From a virus (taxonomy: Duplodnaviria > Caudoviricetes), in IMG/VR virus record IMGVR_UViG_3300037067_011302, positions 120,220 to 184,219 of that record: DNA of 64,000 nucleotides; one strand, written 5' to 3'. Below, in pieces: positions 10,045 through 20,113 of this stretch (positions within the stretch are counted from its first letter, which is position 1; each line of letters opens with the position of its first letter). Both the position numbers and the translations under genes were made by a program. A model generated the notes under the pieces. It saw only the letters and a program-made list of their open reading frames with translations, made no database searches and was not told the DNA's origin.

Positions 10045-10776
10045 ATGATGAAAATATTTGTTGGTGTGATATCATGTGGAGAAGGAGATAAAGATCGAAG
10101 TTTTTCTTCAATAGAGGCACAAGAACGTGGCAACATCATTAGTGATGTTGAAATATTCAAAATTGACGATCTTTCTGAAAAAAAAGCACATGATCTATTG
10201 CATGAAGCATTTCGTGATGCATCAATGAACAACTATGATGTGTTGATCAAAGTTGATGCTGATACAGTTTTAGCACACCAACAAATATTTATCAATATAT
10301 GTGAACAGTTTGTAGCAAATCCTAAAGTCACTAAAGTACAAGCGCCATTGCATGATTATTTCATAGATGATTTGTTGAATGGTCTTAATAGCTTTTCTAG
10401 AAATGTGAAATTTCGTAAATCATGTGACACATTATTTTGTGATCGTGTTGATGAAGCTCACAATGTGAGGTTGTATCAGAGAGATCTACCACAAAGTCTC
10501 ATTCCTGCAGGATTTCATTGTCACTATGCGACCGAATGTCAGGCATTTCATTATGGTCTTCATCGTGAATTAAAGGGACAAAAAGATACACTTGCATTAG
10601 TTAAAAAAGCGTTCCAAAAAAATAGAGATCGAATACGTGGCATGGCACTCCTCGGTGCACAGGCAGCAGGCTCATTCACAAAATTTGGTGGATTCAACTA
10701 TGCTGACAAACAATTTTGTGATGCATTTGAAAAATCTTCAAATGAATATGATCGTTTGATTACTTGTTTGAGATGA
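10045..10776 (+). CDS. GT-A (GT2-like) glycosyltransferase
   Basis: YDVLIKVDADTV DxD motif. AT-rich. Confidence 0.6.
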   Translation: MMKIFVGVISCGEGDKDRSFSSIEAQERGNIISDVEIFKIDDLSEKKAHDLLHEAFRDASMNNYDVLIKVDADTVLAHQQIFINICEQFVANPKVTKVQAPLHDYFIDDLLNGLNSFSRNVKFRKSCDTLFCDRVDEAHNVRLYQRDLPQSLIPAGFHCHYATECQAFHYGLHRELKGQKDTLALVKKAFQKNRDRIRGMALLGAQAAGSFTKFGGFNYADKQFCDAFEKSSNEYDRLITCLR

Positions 10777-10780
10777 TTGA

Positions 10781-10981
10781 ATGCGTTCACGAATCTTGTG
10801 TATTGTTGACACGAAGGACTATGTTTTCTCGAAGATCTATCAACACAAACTGCACAAAGCGTATGAACGTGATGTTACACACATCATTCGTGAGTCTGCA
10901 CTCCGGCATCAAGCAGAATTGGAGCGGGTGGGAAAGAGGAAATTTTCACATCGCATGTACGAACACTGGAGTATAAATTAA
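10781..10981 (+). CDS. Small hypothetical protein, possibly a truncated gene remnant
   Basis: 66-aa ORF at the end of the AT-rich patch. Confidence 0.35.
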   Translation: MRSRILCIVDTKDYVFSKIYQHKLHKAYERDVTHIIRESALRHQAELERVGKRKFSHRMYEHWSIN

Positions 10982-10990
10982 GGTATTACC

Positions 10991-11932
10991 ATGGCAAAAA
11001 GCGTTGCAGTGATCGGTCAGGGATTTGTCGGTGGGTCATTGACGACCGTTTTGAACGAGCGGTGCATTGACGTGTTCGTCTACGATAAGGCCGGAAAAGT
11101 ATCTCCTGGAGGAATTCCTGGAGTCGGCGGCAAACCCATGTTTTCGTCGTTGACGAACATGGTTGAATTGATCGAGCAGAATCAAAAGTTTTCGAGGATT
11201 TACTTCGTGTGTCTGCCGACTCCGATGAACAAGGACGGAAGTGCAAACCTGTCTATCGTTGAAGGCGCTCTGACAGAGCTGGCGAACATTCCTGGAAAGG
11301 AACGGATTGCCGTTGTCAAGTCGACCGTTCCACCCGGATCAACACAGGCATGGAACGATAAGTTTGCCGACAAGCTTCACGTCGTGTTCTGTCCTGAATT
11401 TCTCACCGAAGCAAACGCCCTCGACGACATGAGGAACCAAGATCGGATCATCCTCGGTGGGCCACGCCCGTGGATCAACAAGGTGAAGCAGCTATTTCAG
11501 ACTGCATTTCCAAACGTTCCGATCATCAAGACGAGCAGCACGAATGCCGAGCTGACGAAGTACGTCACCAACTGTTTCTTGGCACTGAAGGTCTCGTTTG
11601 CAAACGAACTGTACCAGCTATGTGCCGCGCTCGATGCCAAGGGTCTCAATGCAGACTACGATCGTGTCGTTGAGTGTGCAACACTCGATAAACGACTCGG
11701 AACGTCTCACTGGCAAGTTCCAGGACCCATGCCAGCATCGGACACAGGAGAGCCAGCGTTCGGTTGGGCTGGATCGTGCTTCATCAAGGATGTCAACGCC
11801 CTAATCTATGTCGCTCGACAATTAGGTATCGATCCAAAGGTGATCGATGGCGCATGGCAGAAGAACCTTGAGGTCAGGCCACAACGTGATTGGGAGAAGC
11901 TCGTCGGTCGTGCCGTCACAGAAGAAAAGTGA
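10991..11932 (+). CDS. ugd: UDP-glucose/GDP-mannose dehydrogenase family (short form without the C-terminal domain)
   Basis: VIGQGFVG Rossmann motif, VCLPTP, KSTVPPG, PEFL, AELTKYVTN, GSCFIKD catalytic Cys. Confidence 0.9.
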   Translation: MAKSVAVIGQGFVGGSLTTVLNERCIDVFVYDKAGKVSPGGIPGVGGKPMFSSLTNMVELIEQNQKFSRIYFVCLPTPMNKDGSANLSIVEGALTELANIPGKERIAVVKSTVPPGSTQAWNDKFADKLHVVFCPEFLTEANALDDMRNQDRIILGGPRPWINKVKQLFQTAFPNVPIIKTSSTNAELTKYVTNCFLALKVSFANELYQLCAALDAKGLNADYDRVVECATLDKRLGTSHWQVPGPMPASDTGEPAFGWAGSCFIKDVNALIYVARQLGIDPKVIDGAWQKNLEVRPQRDWEKLVGRAVTEEK

Positions 11933-12169
11933 TTAGATAGAACCGAAATTGCCGCCTCGTCGAGGACGATCTGCGCCGGCCATAGGAAAGTGTCCCACGT
12001 GTTCTGAATGAGCACGCTCTTCCTCTGCACACTCAGGACACAGTTCTTCGTCGGTGCAGAATGGGCACATCTCTTTGTCGTCTTCTTCTGGGAATCCAAC
12101 GTCAGGTTCGTTCTCCTGCCACTCACGTAGCACGCACTTGATGAATCGTTTCAGAGTGTCCTTTGTCAT
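11933..12169 (-). CDS. Small acidic protein with N-terminal LKRFIKxVLRE helix and CxxC..CxxC
   Basis: Own CTATTTA-N5-ATG promoter. Shares the leader motif with 24157, 38687 and 56142. Confidence 0.65.
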   Translation of the reverse strand: MTKDTLKRFIKCVLREWQENEPDVGFPEEDDKEMCPFCTDEELCPECAEEERAHSEHVGHFPMAGADRPRRGGNFGSI

Positions 12170-12190
12170 GTGTCTAAATAGGGAGTCAAC

Positions 12191-12442
12191 GTGAAATTCC
12201 TATTTGAATTGACGCTTGAACGGGAACACAGATCATTGTATGTTCATTTCGTGTTCAAGTGTCCTTGGTGTAACGCACAATTTGCGTCAGAGTCTTCTGT
12301 CGTTCGACATTCGGGTCGAATTCACAAGCACGGTCGTCGTGACTATGACGTTCTCATGAAGTACAACAGCATCATTCCAACATGTGAATGTGGATGTGGC
12401 GAAGAAGTTAGTGATCGTCATTATTTAATTGTTGTAAATTGA
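12191..12442 (+). pseudogene. C2H2 zinc finger plus CxCGCG N-terminus of a homing-endonuclease-type protein, truncated just before tnpB
   Basis: CPWC...HSGRIH and PTCECGCGEEV, then an abrupt stop; no nuclease domain. Confidence 0.55.
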
Positions 12443-12451
12443 AATTGTCAA

Positions 12452-13603
12452 ATGTTTCGCGCGGTCAAAACCAAGTTGGATAATCTTTTGGAATCTGAGA
12501 TTCAGTCTCTTAGAGAAACCCAGCGTATTGCAACGAACGTGTACAATGACTATGTCAACTACGCGTTTGAGCACCAAAAGTGCTCAAGGTTCGACCTACA
12601 GAAGGCGTTGTACTATGTTGAACGGGAGAAGTTTCCTGAATTTCATTCTTCACTCGTTCAATCGATCATCGTTGAAGTAATGAGTGCACTCAAGGCGGTC
12701 AAGTACAAGTTTCGCCCACACCGGAGTGAGAACGCTTCTCTCACGTATGACGTGAGGATGTTCAAATTACGAGGTGATCAACTTTCGCTCAGCACGACAG
12801 GAAAGCGCTTCAGGACGATCATTCAGTTTCCTGACTGGTGTAAAGACATCATTAAGGAAGGAAAATCAAAGACAATTCAACTTATTTGGGACAGGAAAAA
12901 TCAGCGGTTTGATGCTCGGATCGTGTTCAAACTTCCCGATGTTGAGAAGAAGGACGAAGGTAAGGTCATCGGAATTGACCAAGGATTGGTCAATTTGGCA
13001 GTCACTTCAGAAGGTGAATTTTTTGGTGCGAAGAAAACAAGGAGGAATCAAAGGAAGTTTTTATTTTTGAGGAGAAAGCTCTCGGCAAAAGGCACTCGTT
13101 CCGCAAAGAGATTGTTGAAAAATCTCAGTGGAAAAGAGAAGCGGTTTAACCGAGACGTAAATCACTGCATTGCAAAGAAGCTTGCGTCACGTAGTGACGT
13201 AAAGGCATACGTCATTGAGGATCTCAAGGGAATCAGGAACCAAAAATGTGGGAAAAAGCTTAACAAACTTCTTTCCTCATGGACGTTCTGTCAACTTGAA
13301 TCTTTCCTCACGTACAAGTGCCTTGCGAATGGAATCTCCGTTCAAAAAGTGAGTCCAGCGTACACCTCACAGAAGTGTTCAAATTGTGGACGGATCCATA
13401 AAGAGAATCGTAATCAAGGACGTTACGTTTGTGATAAGTGTGGGTTCAAAATTCATGCAGATGTAAACGCAGCGATCAACATACGAGATAAGTGGGTCTC
13501 AAAATCATCCTATGGTTTAGCCCATAGGCAGGGTACATTCGATTGCCCGAACGGGAATAACAGAAATGTCAAGTCCCAAGATCATCACATAGGTAATGGT
13601 TAA
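12452..13603 (+). CDS. tnpB: RNA-guided endonuclease TnpB (family 1 here)
   Basis: RuvC IGIDQG / VIEDL / HADVNAA, YTSQKCSNCG..CDKCG zinc ribbon. D-E-D triad intact. Confidence 0.92.
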   Translation: MFRAVKTKLDNLLESEIQSLRETQRIATNVYNDYVNYAFEHQKCSRFDLQKALYYVEREKFPEFHSSLVQSIIVEVMSALKAVKYKFRPHRSENASLTYDVRMFKLRGDQLSLSTTGKRFRTIIQFPDWCKDIIKEGKSKTIQLIWDRKNQRFDARIVFKLPDVEKKDEGKVIGIDQGLVNLAVTSEGEFFGAKKTRRNQRKFLFLRRKLSAKGTRSAKRLLKNLSGKEKRFNRDVNHCIAKKLASRSDVKAYVIEDLKGIRNQKCGKKLNKLLSSWTFCQLESFLTYKCLANGISVQKVSPAYTSQKCSNCGRIHKENRNQGRYVCDKCGFKIHADVNAAINIRDKWVSKSSYGLAHRQGTFDCPNGNNRNVKSQDHHIGNG

Positions 13604-13625
13604 GTCGAAATGACGTACGATTATG
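13457..13625 (+). ncRNA. omegaRNA (reRNA) of TnpB family 1; scaffold ends ...TTAAGTCGA at 13608, guide starts AATGACGTACGATTATG
   Basis: Overlaps the tnpB 3' end. Boundary is set by loss of similarity to the orphan copy at 62660-62814. Confidence 0.65.
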
Positions 13626-14740
13626 CGATCATCGGTGCCGGTTTGAGCGGAGCAACATTCGCTGAACGTGCAGTCAAGAACGGAAAGAGGGTGTTGGTCA
13701 TCGACAAACGTGAACACGTTGCTGGCAATTGCTACACCAGTCGCGGATTCATGGGAAGCATGATCAACGTTCACCAGTACGGACCGCACATCTTTCACAC
13801 GTCTGACAAGCAAATTTGGGAATACGTAAATCACTTTGCGTTGTTCAACGGCTACGTTCATAGTGGTCACGCGATCGTCAACGGCGAACACTGGTCATTG
13901 CCGATAAACATGGCAACGATGAACAAATTGTGGGGTGTGAAGGATCCTGATGAAGCAATGGCACGAGTGGCGTCATCACGAATTGTTCCAAAACCGGGCA
14001 GCGATGACTGTGAATCATGGATGCTGAGCGTTGTTGGGCGTGAACTCTATGAACTCCTCTTCAAGGAGTACACGACCAAGCAATGGGGAAAACATCCTAG
14101 TGAACTTCCTTCAAGCATCTTCAAGCGATTGCCCATTAGGTTCACGTGGAACGATCGTTATTACAATGATACGTTTCAGGGAATTCCCGTTCACGGATAT
14201 ACGTCAATGATCGAGAAGATGTTGCAGGGAGCGTGCGTCGTTCGCGGGTGCGATTATGCGTATGAGAAGAACTTCATCAACAAGATTGCAAAGCACGTTG
14301 TGTACACCGGACCAATTGACGCTTTCTTTGAACACTCGTGTGGCAAATTAGAGTATCGTTCACTACATTTTGAACACGATCTAGTGAAAAAACCCGACTT
14401 TCAAGGTACTTCCGTCATTAACTACCCGAGCAAAGACGTCAAATACACTAGAATCATTGAACACGTACACTTCGACGATCGAACGAGTCTACCATCAGTT
14501 GATGACAACAACACGGTCATTACGTACGAATACCCATGCATGTATCAGGCTGCCGAAGAACCGTTCTATCCCGTGTGCACGGCAGACAACCTGTTGAAAC
14601 TCGAAAAATATCAGAGGAAAGCAAGTGAGATTCGAGATAGGTACACGTTCTTGGGTCGCCTAGGGACGTTCCAATATCTTGACATGGATGACGCAATTTA
14701 CTTTGCACTCAAGGCGGCCACTCGTTTAGGAATGCAGTGA
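13610..14740 (+). CDS. glf: UDP-galactopyranose mutase
   Basis: IIGAGLSG, AGNCYT, HQYGPHIFHTS, YTTKQWG, YQ/FQGIP..GYT, LEYRSL, GRLGTFQYLDMD. Confidence 0.95.
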   Translation: MTYDYAIIGAGLSGATFAERAVKNGKRVLVIDKREHVAGNCYTSRGFMGSMINVHQYGPHIFHTSDKQIWEYVNHFALFNGYVHSGHAIVNGEHWSLPINMATMNKLWGVKDPDEAMARVASSRIVPKPGSDDCESWMLSVVGRELYELLFKEYTTKQWGKHPSELPSSIFKRLPIRFTWNDRYYNDTFQGIPVHGYTSMIEKMLQGACVVRGCDYAYEKNFINKIAKHVVYTGPIDAFFEHSCGKLEYRSLHFEHDLVKKPDFQGTSVINYPSKDVKYTRIIEHVHFDDRTSLPSVDDNNTVITYEYPCMYQAAEEPFYPVCTADNLLKLEKYQRKASEIRDRYTFLGRLGTFQYLDMDDAIYFALKAATRLGMQ

Positions 14741-14913
14741 AATTCATAAAGGAACACACAAAGGAGGAGATCATCGACGCGATCAATGACCTGTTGGCAC
14801 AGCGTGCGAAGTACGTGGCAATGGTCGAGGCAGGTCATCCAGAGGTGTTGGTGGCCATCCAGTTCATCGACAATGTCCTACGAATGACCGGTGTGCCCAA
14901 GAAGGATGGTTAA
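14737..14913 (+). CDS. Small hypothetical protein (58 aa, MKFIKEHTKEEIIDAIND...)
   Basis: GTG overlaps the glf TGA. Below the 60-aa cut-off of the ORF track. Confidence 0.6.
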   Translation: MKFIKEHTKEEIIDAINDLLAQRAKYVAMVEAGHPEVLVAIQFIDNVLRMTGVPKKDG

Positions 14914-14955
14914 TCATTGACATTCGTCGGCGGCACGTGCACAATCGTGGGTCAC

Positions 14956-14990
14956 TTGAACGAGCATTGACTTTGGTGTAAATTTGTTCA
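14956..14990 (+). promoter_or_regulatory. sigma70-type promoter, leaderless (TTGAAC-N17-TAAATT-N6-ATG)
   Basis: Canonical spacing directly before ATG 14991. Confidence 0.55.
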
Positions 14991-15797
14991 ATGGACAAAA
15001 TTGACGATTCGCGATTTCAATTGCTTCCCAATAAGAAGAAGCACGTTTCTTTCTCTGAACTGCGTCAATGGTGTGAGTGTTCATGGCGACACAAGGTTCA
15101 ATTTATAGACGGAATTGACCTCAGCACTCCTGGCACTGCGCTAGACTTCGGCACGTCAATTCATGCTGCGCACGAGCAATTCATCAACACGCGCGTCATG
15201 TCGCCTGAGATTTCAACACAATCGATCGACAAATTGTGGTTGGAGCACTCTCACGGTCCTGCAATCAAGGGACAATTCATCAATGAATCCAATGCAATTC
15301 TTGCCGAAGTGCCGTCATTTTATGACGTGACATTTCCTGGTTGGGAATCAACGAGTGCAGAACACTTTCTGTATGAACCAGTCGGAAACGGAGATCACGC
15401 GTTCAAGGGATACATCGACGCGATCATCACAGCACCAGGTCCGCGCAACAAGAAGTTGACGTGGATCATTGACGTAAAGACAACATCGTGGGGTTGGGAC
15501 AGGGAGAAGAAGGAGAATGAACTCACGAGGATGCAGATCGTCCTCTACAAGAAGTTTTGGTCGCTGAAGACGGGGACCGATCCAAAGGACGTGAGGTGTG
15601 CATTCTTGTTGCTCAAACGTGCCGCAAAGACGAACAATCGGTGTGAACTGTTCACTATTTCTGCCGGCGACAAGACGATGGATCGAGCGATGAAGCGCGT
15701 GACGAGCATGTTGAATGGAATGAAAAAGGGAATTGCGATCAAGAATCGCTATTCGTGCATCTACTGTCCCTACAAGGACACAAAGTGGTGCACGTGA
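14991..15797 (+). CDS. PD-(D/E)XK nuclease, Cas4/AddB-like with probable Fe-S cysteines
   Basis: SFSELRQWCEC, GTSIH, FKGYIDAI, IIDVKT, QIVLY, CIYCPY....C. Confidence 0.85.
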   Translation: MDKIDDSRFQLLPNKKKHVSFSELRQWCECSWRHKVQFIDGIDLSTPGTALDFGTSIHAAHEQFINTRVMSPEISTQSIDKLWLEHSHGPAIKGQFINESNAILAEVPSFYDVTFPGWESTSAEHFLYEPVGNGDHAFKGYIDAIITAPGPRNKKLTWIIDVKTTSWGWDREKKENELTRMQIVLYKKFWSLKTGTDPKDVRCAFLLLKRAAKTNNRCELFTISAGDKTMDRAMKRVTSMLNGMKKGIAIKNRYSCIYCPYKDTKWCT

Positions 15798-15800
15798 GCG

Positions 15801-16436
15801 TCATACCTTCGATAACTTGAACACTTCGCGCATAGTTTCTGGCGTGATGAAGTGAGCAGTAATTGCACCGCCCACCTTCAATGAATCTATCGAAGGGTCA
15901 CGCCTGAACACGTTGTCATGGCGTCTTGCAATCTTTGCTTCCCTCATCCAGAGGCCGATTGACGTGTCGCTATTTTTGGTGATTGCAATGCTATCACCTT
16001 GAGAGATGACGTACTTCGATAGTTCAATCATCGCGGTCTTACTTACGATGATTCCTGCACCACCACGTGGGAATTCAACGTTGTCGTTTAGTCCAACGTT
16101 TCCTGCGATTATTTTTGCGTTCGTCATGCATCCGACGAACCTGTAGTTGCCGATGACGATCGATTCATTTGGATCGCACTTTGACAGGTAGTCGTTCATC
16201 ATCTTGACGTTTACGTACGTGTCGTCGTCGACGAGGACGTACCAGTCATGTGTTACGTTGACTCTACGAAAGAATGTTACGTACTTGTATGGGCATGAGT
16301 CATAGCCCAACACAGGTGAGTCGTCATCGCTGAGTTTGATCAGTTCGTCGACCTGAGAGCCCCACGTTTCAATGACCGCCTTGAATCGTGTTTGCTCATA
16401 ATTTCCACACGTCAACACAACATATGCGATCGACAT
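15801..16436 (-). CDS. Fringe/GT31-like glycosyltransferase
   Basis: ETWG, WYVLVDDDTYVN, GGAGIIVS, DTSIGLW, AHFITPE. Confidence 0.75.
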   Translation of the reverse strand: MSIAYVVLTCGNYEQTRFKAVIETWGSQVDELIKLSDDDSPVLGYDSCPYKYVTFFRRVNVTHDWYVLVDDDTYVNVKMMNDYLSKCDPNESIVIGNYRFVGCMTNAKIIAGNVGLNDNVEFPRGGAGIIVSKTAMIELSKYVISQGDSIAITKNSDTSIGLWMREAKIARRHDNVFRRDPSIDSLKVGGAITAHFITPETMREVFKLSKV

Positions 16437-16529
16437 GAAAATATGTATGTGTCACGATGACACAAAATTTGCTCATCATTCGACAATTCATGAACACATC
16501 ACACATGCAAAGTATATTCGGTTCAAGCT

Positions 16530-17847
16530 GATGTCACCGATTAGTTCACTTCCACAGGCGAATTTTTCTCTTGCGAACAATTTTTTGGGTCCACAGAAGA
16601 AAAAAATTATGTGGATCTCAGATCATCCTCTGAGCACGTCTGGCGTCGGCACGCAGGCACGGTGGCTGATCGACGGTCTGTTGAGGACCGAGAGGTACTC
16701 ATTCAGGTGCTTCGGCGGTGCACTGAAGCACGATGACATGAACACAATCACCGTCACTCCCGATTGGATCATCAAGCCGACGAATGGGTACGGTGACATA
16801 AACATGCTACGTCAGGTGCTCGTCCAAGAAAAACCTGACGCCCTCGTGTTGTTCACTGATCCTAGATTTTTTACGTGGACGTGGGAAATGGAGGACGAAA
16901 TACACCAAGTGTGTCCGATCGCCTACAATCACCTGTGGGACAACCTTCCCGTTCCGGCATTTAATCGCGTGTTGTACGAGAGCACTGACTTGTTGAACTG
17001 TATCAACTATCCTACGTATGAATTCGTTCACGATTGGTTGCCAGATCGCACGAACTACGTTCCGCACGCTGCACCACGCGAGCTATATTTCCCACTTCAA
17101 CAGGAAGCAATTCAGAACGTGAGGAAGACGTTCTTCGGTAATTCTCGAGCGGATCACTTCATTGTGCTGTTCGTCGGTAGGAATGCACGTCGTAAGTGCA
17201 CCAGCGATATCATTGCCGCGTTCAAGATGTTCGTTGACGAACTGTTTGAGAGGCACGGCCACCGCAAGGCGACGCTCGTCATGCATACTGATCCACATGA
17301 CAGAGAGGGACCAAATCTCTATCACATGTTGGACGCATTCAACGTGAAGGAAAATGTCGTATTTTCCAATGATCGCGTGAAGTTTGAGGAGATGAACCTC
17401 CTCTACAACTCGTGTGATGCACTCGTGCAGTTCAGTAGCGCAGAAGGCTTTGGATTGCCAGTGTTGGAGGCAAAGATGGCAGGAAAGCCAATCATTGCAA
17501 TGAAGACTGGCGGCGTGACTCGACAAGTTGAGGACCATGAGACGAATGAACAATTCGGCGTTGCCATCGATCCTGAGGTTCAAACGTTGGCAGGAAATCA
17601 ATTGGTTCCTTTCATCTATGAGGATTATGCATCACACAGGACGCTCGCGAATGCATACATGAAGGTGTTCGAAATGGGTCACGATGAACGTTCAAGGATC
17701 GGTCTTCGAGCTCGTGAACACGCGTTGAAGAACTACAACATTGATGAAATGATCTCAACGTGGGACAGAACGTTGACTGACCTCATCGATCGGTGGAAAC
17801 GTGGTGAGTGTCCGAACAACAAACGATGGCGAACAGTGACCCTTTGA
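16530..17847 (+). CDS. Glycosyltransferase family 4
   Basis: SDHPLSTSGVG, FTDPRF, GRNARRK, AEGFGLPVLEA. Start probably ATG 16530 or later. Confidence 0.9.
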
Positions 17848-17850
17848 GGA

Positions 17851-19032
17851 GTGATGACAATGAAAAGCATTGTGATGCGTGGACCGTGCATGACGGTCAG
17901 TGGTTACGGAAATCACGCTCGCGAGGTTGCGAAGTGGTTGCTCAGCAAAAAAGACGTTGACGTCAAGTTTGTTCTCACTCCGTGGGGAGACACGCCTTGG
18001 ATCGTTGATAGGACTCGGCACGGAGGATTGATCGATGAGATCGTGAAACGATCTGCAAAGCCTTCACAAGGAATGGCTGACGTGTCGATCCAACTACAAT
18101 TACCGAATGAGTGGGATCCGAAGCTCGCGACCGTGAACGTCGGCATCACTGCCGGCGTTGAGACCGATCGTTGTAACCCATCATGGATTACGTCTTGCAG
18201 TGCAATGGACGCAGTCGTCGTTCCGTCAACACACGTTGCTGATTGCTTCACGAACACTGGAATTGTGAATAAGCTCATTCACGTTGTGCCTGAATCTTAT
18301 GGCAATCGTGCCGGTGATAGGTCGACAAATAACATCGTTGATGTGCTTCCTGAGTTGACGACGGCGTTCAACTTTCTCGTCTTCGGACAAATCACAGGAA
18401 ATTCTCCGCACAATGATAGAAAGAACACGTTCAACACTGTGAAGTGGCTATGCGAGGCATTCCGCGACGATCCTGACGTCGGAATCGTCATCAAGACGAA
18501 CGTCGGTAGGAATTCATTGATTGATCTGAACATCACGACGTCGCTGGTGAAGAAGCTCCTGGAAGAGGTCAGGCGTGGACCGTTTCCAAAGGTGTACCTC
18601 GTACACGGTGACGTTCCAGACGCTGACATCGCAGCAATCTATGCACACCCCAAGGTGAAGGCACTCGTCTCACTCACAAGAGGAGAGGGATTCGGTCTGC
18701 CCATTCTTGAAGCGGCCGCTAGTGGACTGCCGATCATCGCGACCGGATGGTCAGGACACATGGACTACTTGAAGCACGGTAAGTTCATCAACGTTGATTA
18801 TGTCCTACAGGATGTTCATCCGTCTCGCGTTGACAACAACATCTTCATGAAGGGTGCGAGGTGGGCAGAAGCATCATCAGAAGACGTCAAGAAGAAATTG
18901 ACCAAGTTTAGAAATTCCAGCACCATTCCTGAGTCTTGGGCAACTGAACTTGCGACGAAGGTCGTTGAAAAGTATTCATTCGATGAAGTGTGCAAGCAGT
19001 ACGACGTTGTGCTGGGTGAGGTCATCAAGTGA
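17851..19032 (+). CDS. Glycosyltransferase family 4
   Basis: SGYGNHAR, AGVETD, DRKN, RGEGFGLPILEAAASG. Confidence 0.9.
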   Translation: MMTMKSIVMRGPCMTVSGYGNHAREVAKWLLSKKDVDVKFVLTPWGDTPWIVDRTRHGGLIDEIVKRSAKPSQGMADVSIQLQLPNEWDPKLATVNVGITAGVETDRCNPSWITSCSAMDAVVVPSTHVADCFTNTGIVNKLIHVVPESYGNRAGDRSTNNIVDVLPELTTAFNFLVFGQITGNSPHNDRKNTFNTVKWLCEAFRDDPDVGIVIKTNVGRNSLIDLNITTSLVKKLLEEVRRGPFPKVYLVHGDVPDADIAAIYAHPKVKALVSLTRGEGFGLPILEAAASGLPIIATGWSGHMDYLKHGKFINVDYVLQDVHPSRVDNNIFMKGARWAEASSEDVKKKLTKFRNSSTIPESWATELATKVVEKYSFDEVCKQYDVVLGEVIK

Positions 19033-19355
19033 CAACTGCGTTCATGTTTGTGTTCCTATTTGCGTGGTTGATCACGACGATCGGTCTTGTGATTAGCATC
19101 TCAAAGAACGTCAAGTTGATTGAAAAGCTCGATCGCGTTGCCGAACAGGTTGAGAAGTCACTTGATGTGATTGACACAAAGTACGCAAAGATAGCGTACA
19201 TCGCGTCGACGCCGGTGTTGTCGAATGAACCACAGATCAAGTCGTTGATGTCAAACGTTCGTGACACAAAGAATGCAATCATTGACATCGTCAATGCACT
19301 CGTTGATTCGGTCAACGATGAAGAGACTAAGACAGAAAGTGACGTAGACGAGTGA
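19029..19355 (+). CDS. Membrane-anchored coiled-coil protein
   Basis: N-terminal hydrophobic segment followed by heptad repeats. Confidence 0.65.
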   Translation: MTTAFMFVFLFAWLITTIGLVISISKNVKLIEKLDRVAEQVEKSLDVIDTKYAKIAYIASTPVLSNEPQIKSLMSNVRDTKNAIIDIVNALVDSVNDEETKTESDVDE

Positions 19356-20104
19356 TGGAAAAAAAAGAAATCGTAAAGAAATCACGTGCTCCTCGTGGTT
19401 CAAAGCAGAAGGATCCTTCGAAGCTATACTTTCACAAGGGAACTCAGGCGGCAATCGTTGCCTACCAACAGGTCGTAGACAACCAAAAGGAACGTGAAAA
19501 GATATACGTCACCGACATCCTTCCGGCATTTACACGATTGGTGGAGAATCTCATCAACGTGTACAAGTTTGCATCGCTTCACGATTCGTTCGATGACTTG
19601 AAGCACGACTGTGTCAACTTCTTGTTCGAGTCAATCGGCAAGTTTGACAACACCCGTGGGACCAACGCATTCTCGTACTTCAACGTCGTTGCGAAGAATT
19701 TTCTCATTGTGAGGACGAAGCAGAAGGCACAGAGGATCAAACGTAGCATCAGCATGGACGACGTCAGGGCACTCAACACGCACGAGTGCAGCATCGTAGA
19801 GGAAAATTCGACCATACCTGCGCAGGATCTGGTGTATGAAAATGCAACGATCACGCACAATATAATCAAAATGTTGTACGAGATTCGTTCGAAGATGAGG
19901 ACGGACAACGAACTCGTCTGTATCAATTCGATCATCACCATATTTGAACACATCGACGACATTGACATCCTGACGCGCAGTGCAATTCACCTCTACATTC
20001 GTGAAATGTCAGGACTCAGTCCAAAGCAACTGTTGACGAGCATGCAAGCGATAAAGAAGCACTACAAGAAGATGAAGCTCGACATGGGTCCCGATCTTTT
20101 TTGA
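19352..20104 (+). CDS. Phage late-transcription sigma factor (T4 gp55-like)
   Basis: LYFH, AFTRLVENLI, DDLKHDCVNFL, KFDNTRGTNAFSYFNVVAKN (sigma region 2 of gp55 type). Confidence 0.7.
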   Translation: MMEKKEIVKKSRAPRGSKQKDPSKLYFHKGTQAAIVAYQQVVDNQKEREKIYVTDILPAFTRLVENLINVYKFASLHDSFDDLKHDCVNFLFESIGKFDNTRGTNAFSYFNVVAKNFLIVRTKQKAQRIKRSISMDDVRALNTHECSIVEENSTIPAQDLVYENATITHNIIKMLYEIRSKMRTDNELVCINSIITIFEHIDDIDILTRSAIHLYIREMSGLSPKQLLTSMQAIKKHYKKMKLDMGPDLF

Positions 20105-20113
20105 GGAACGACG

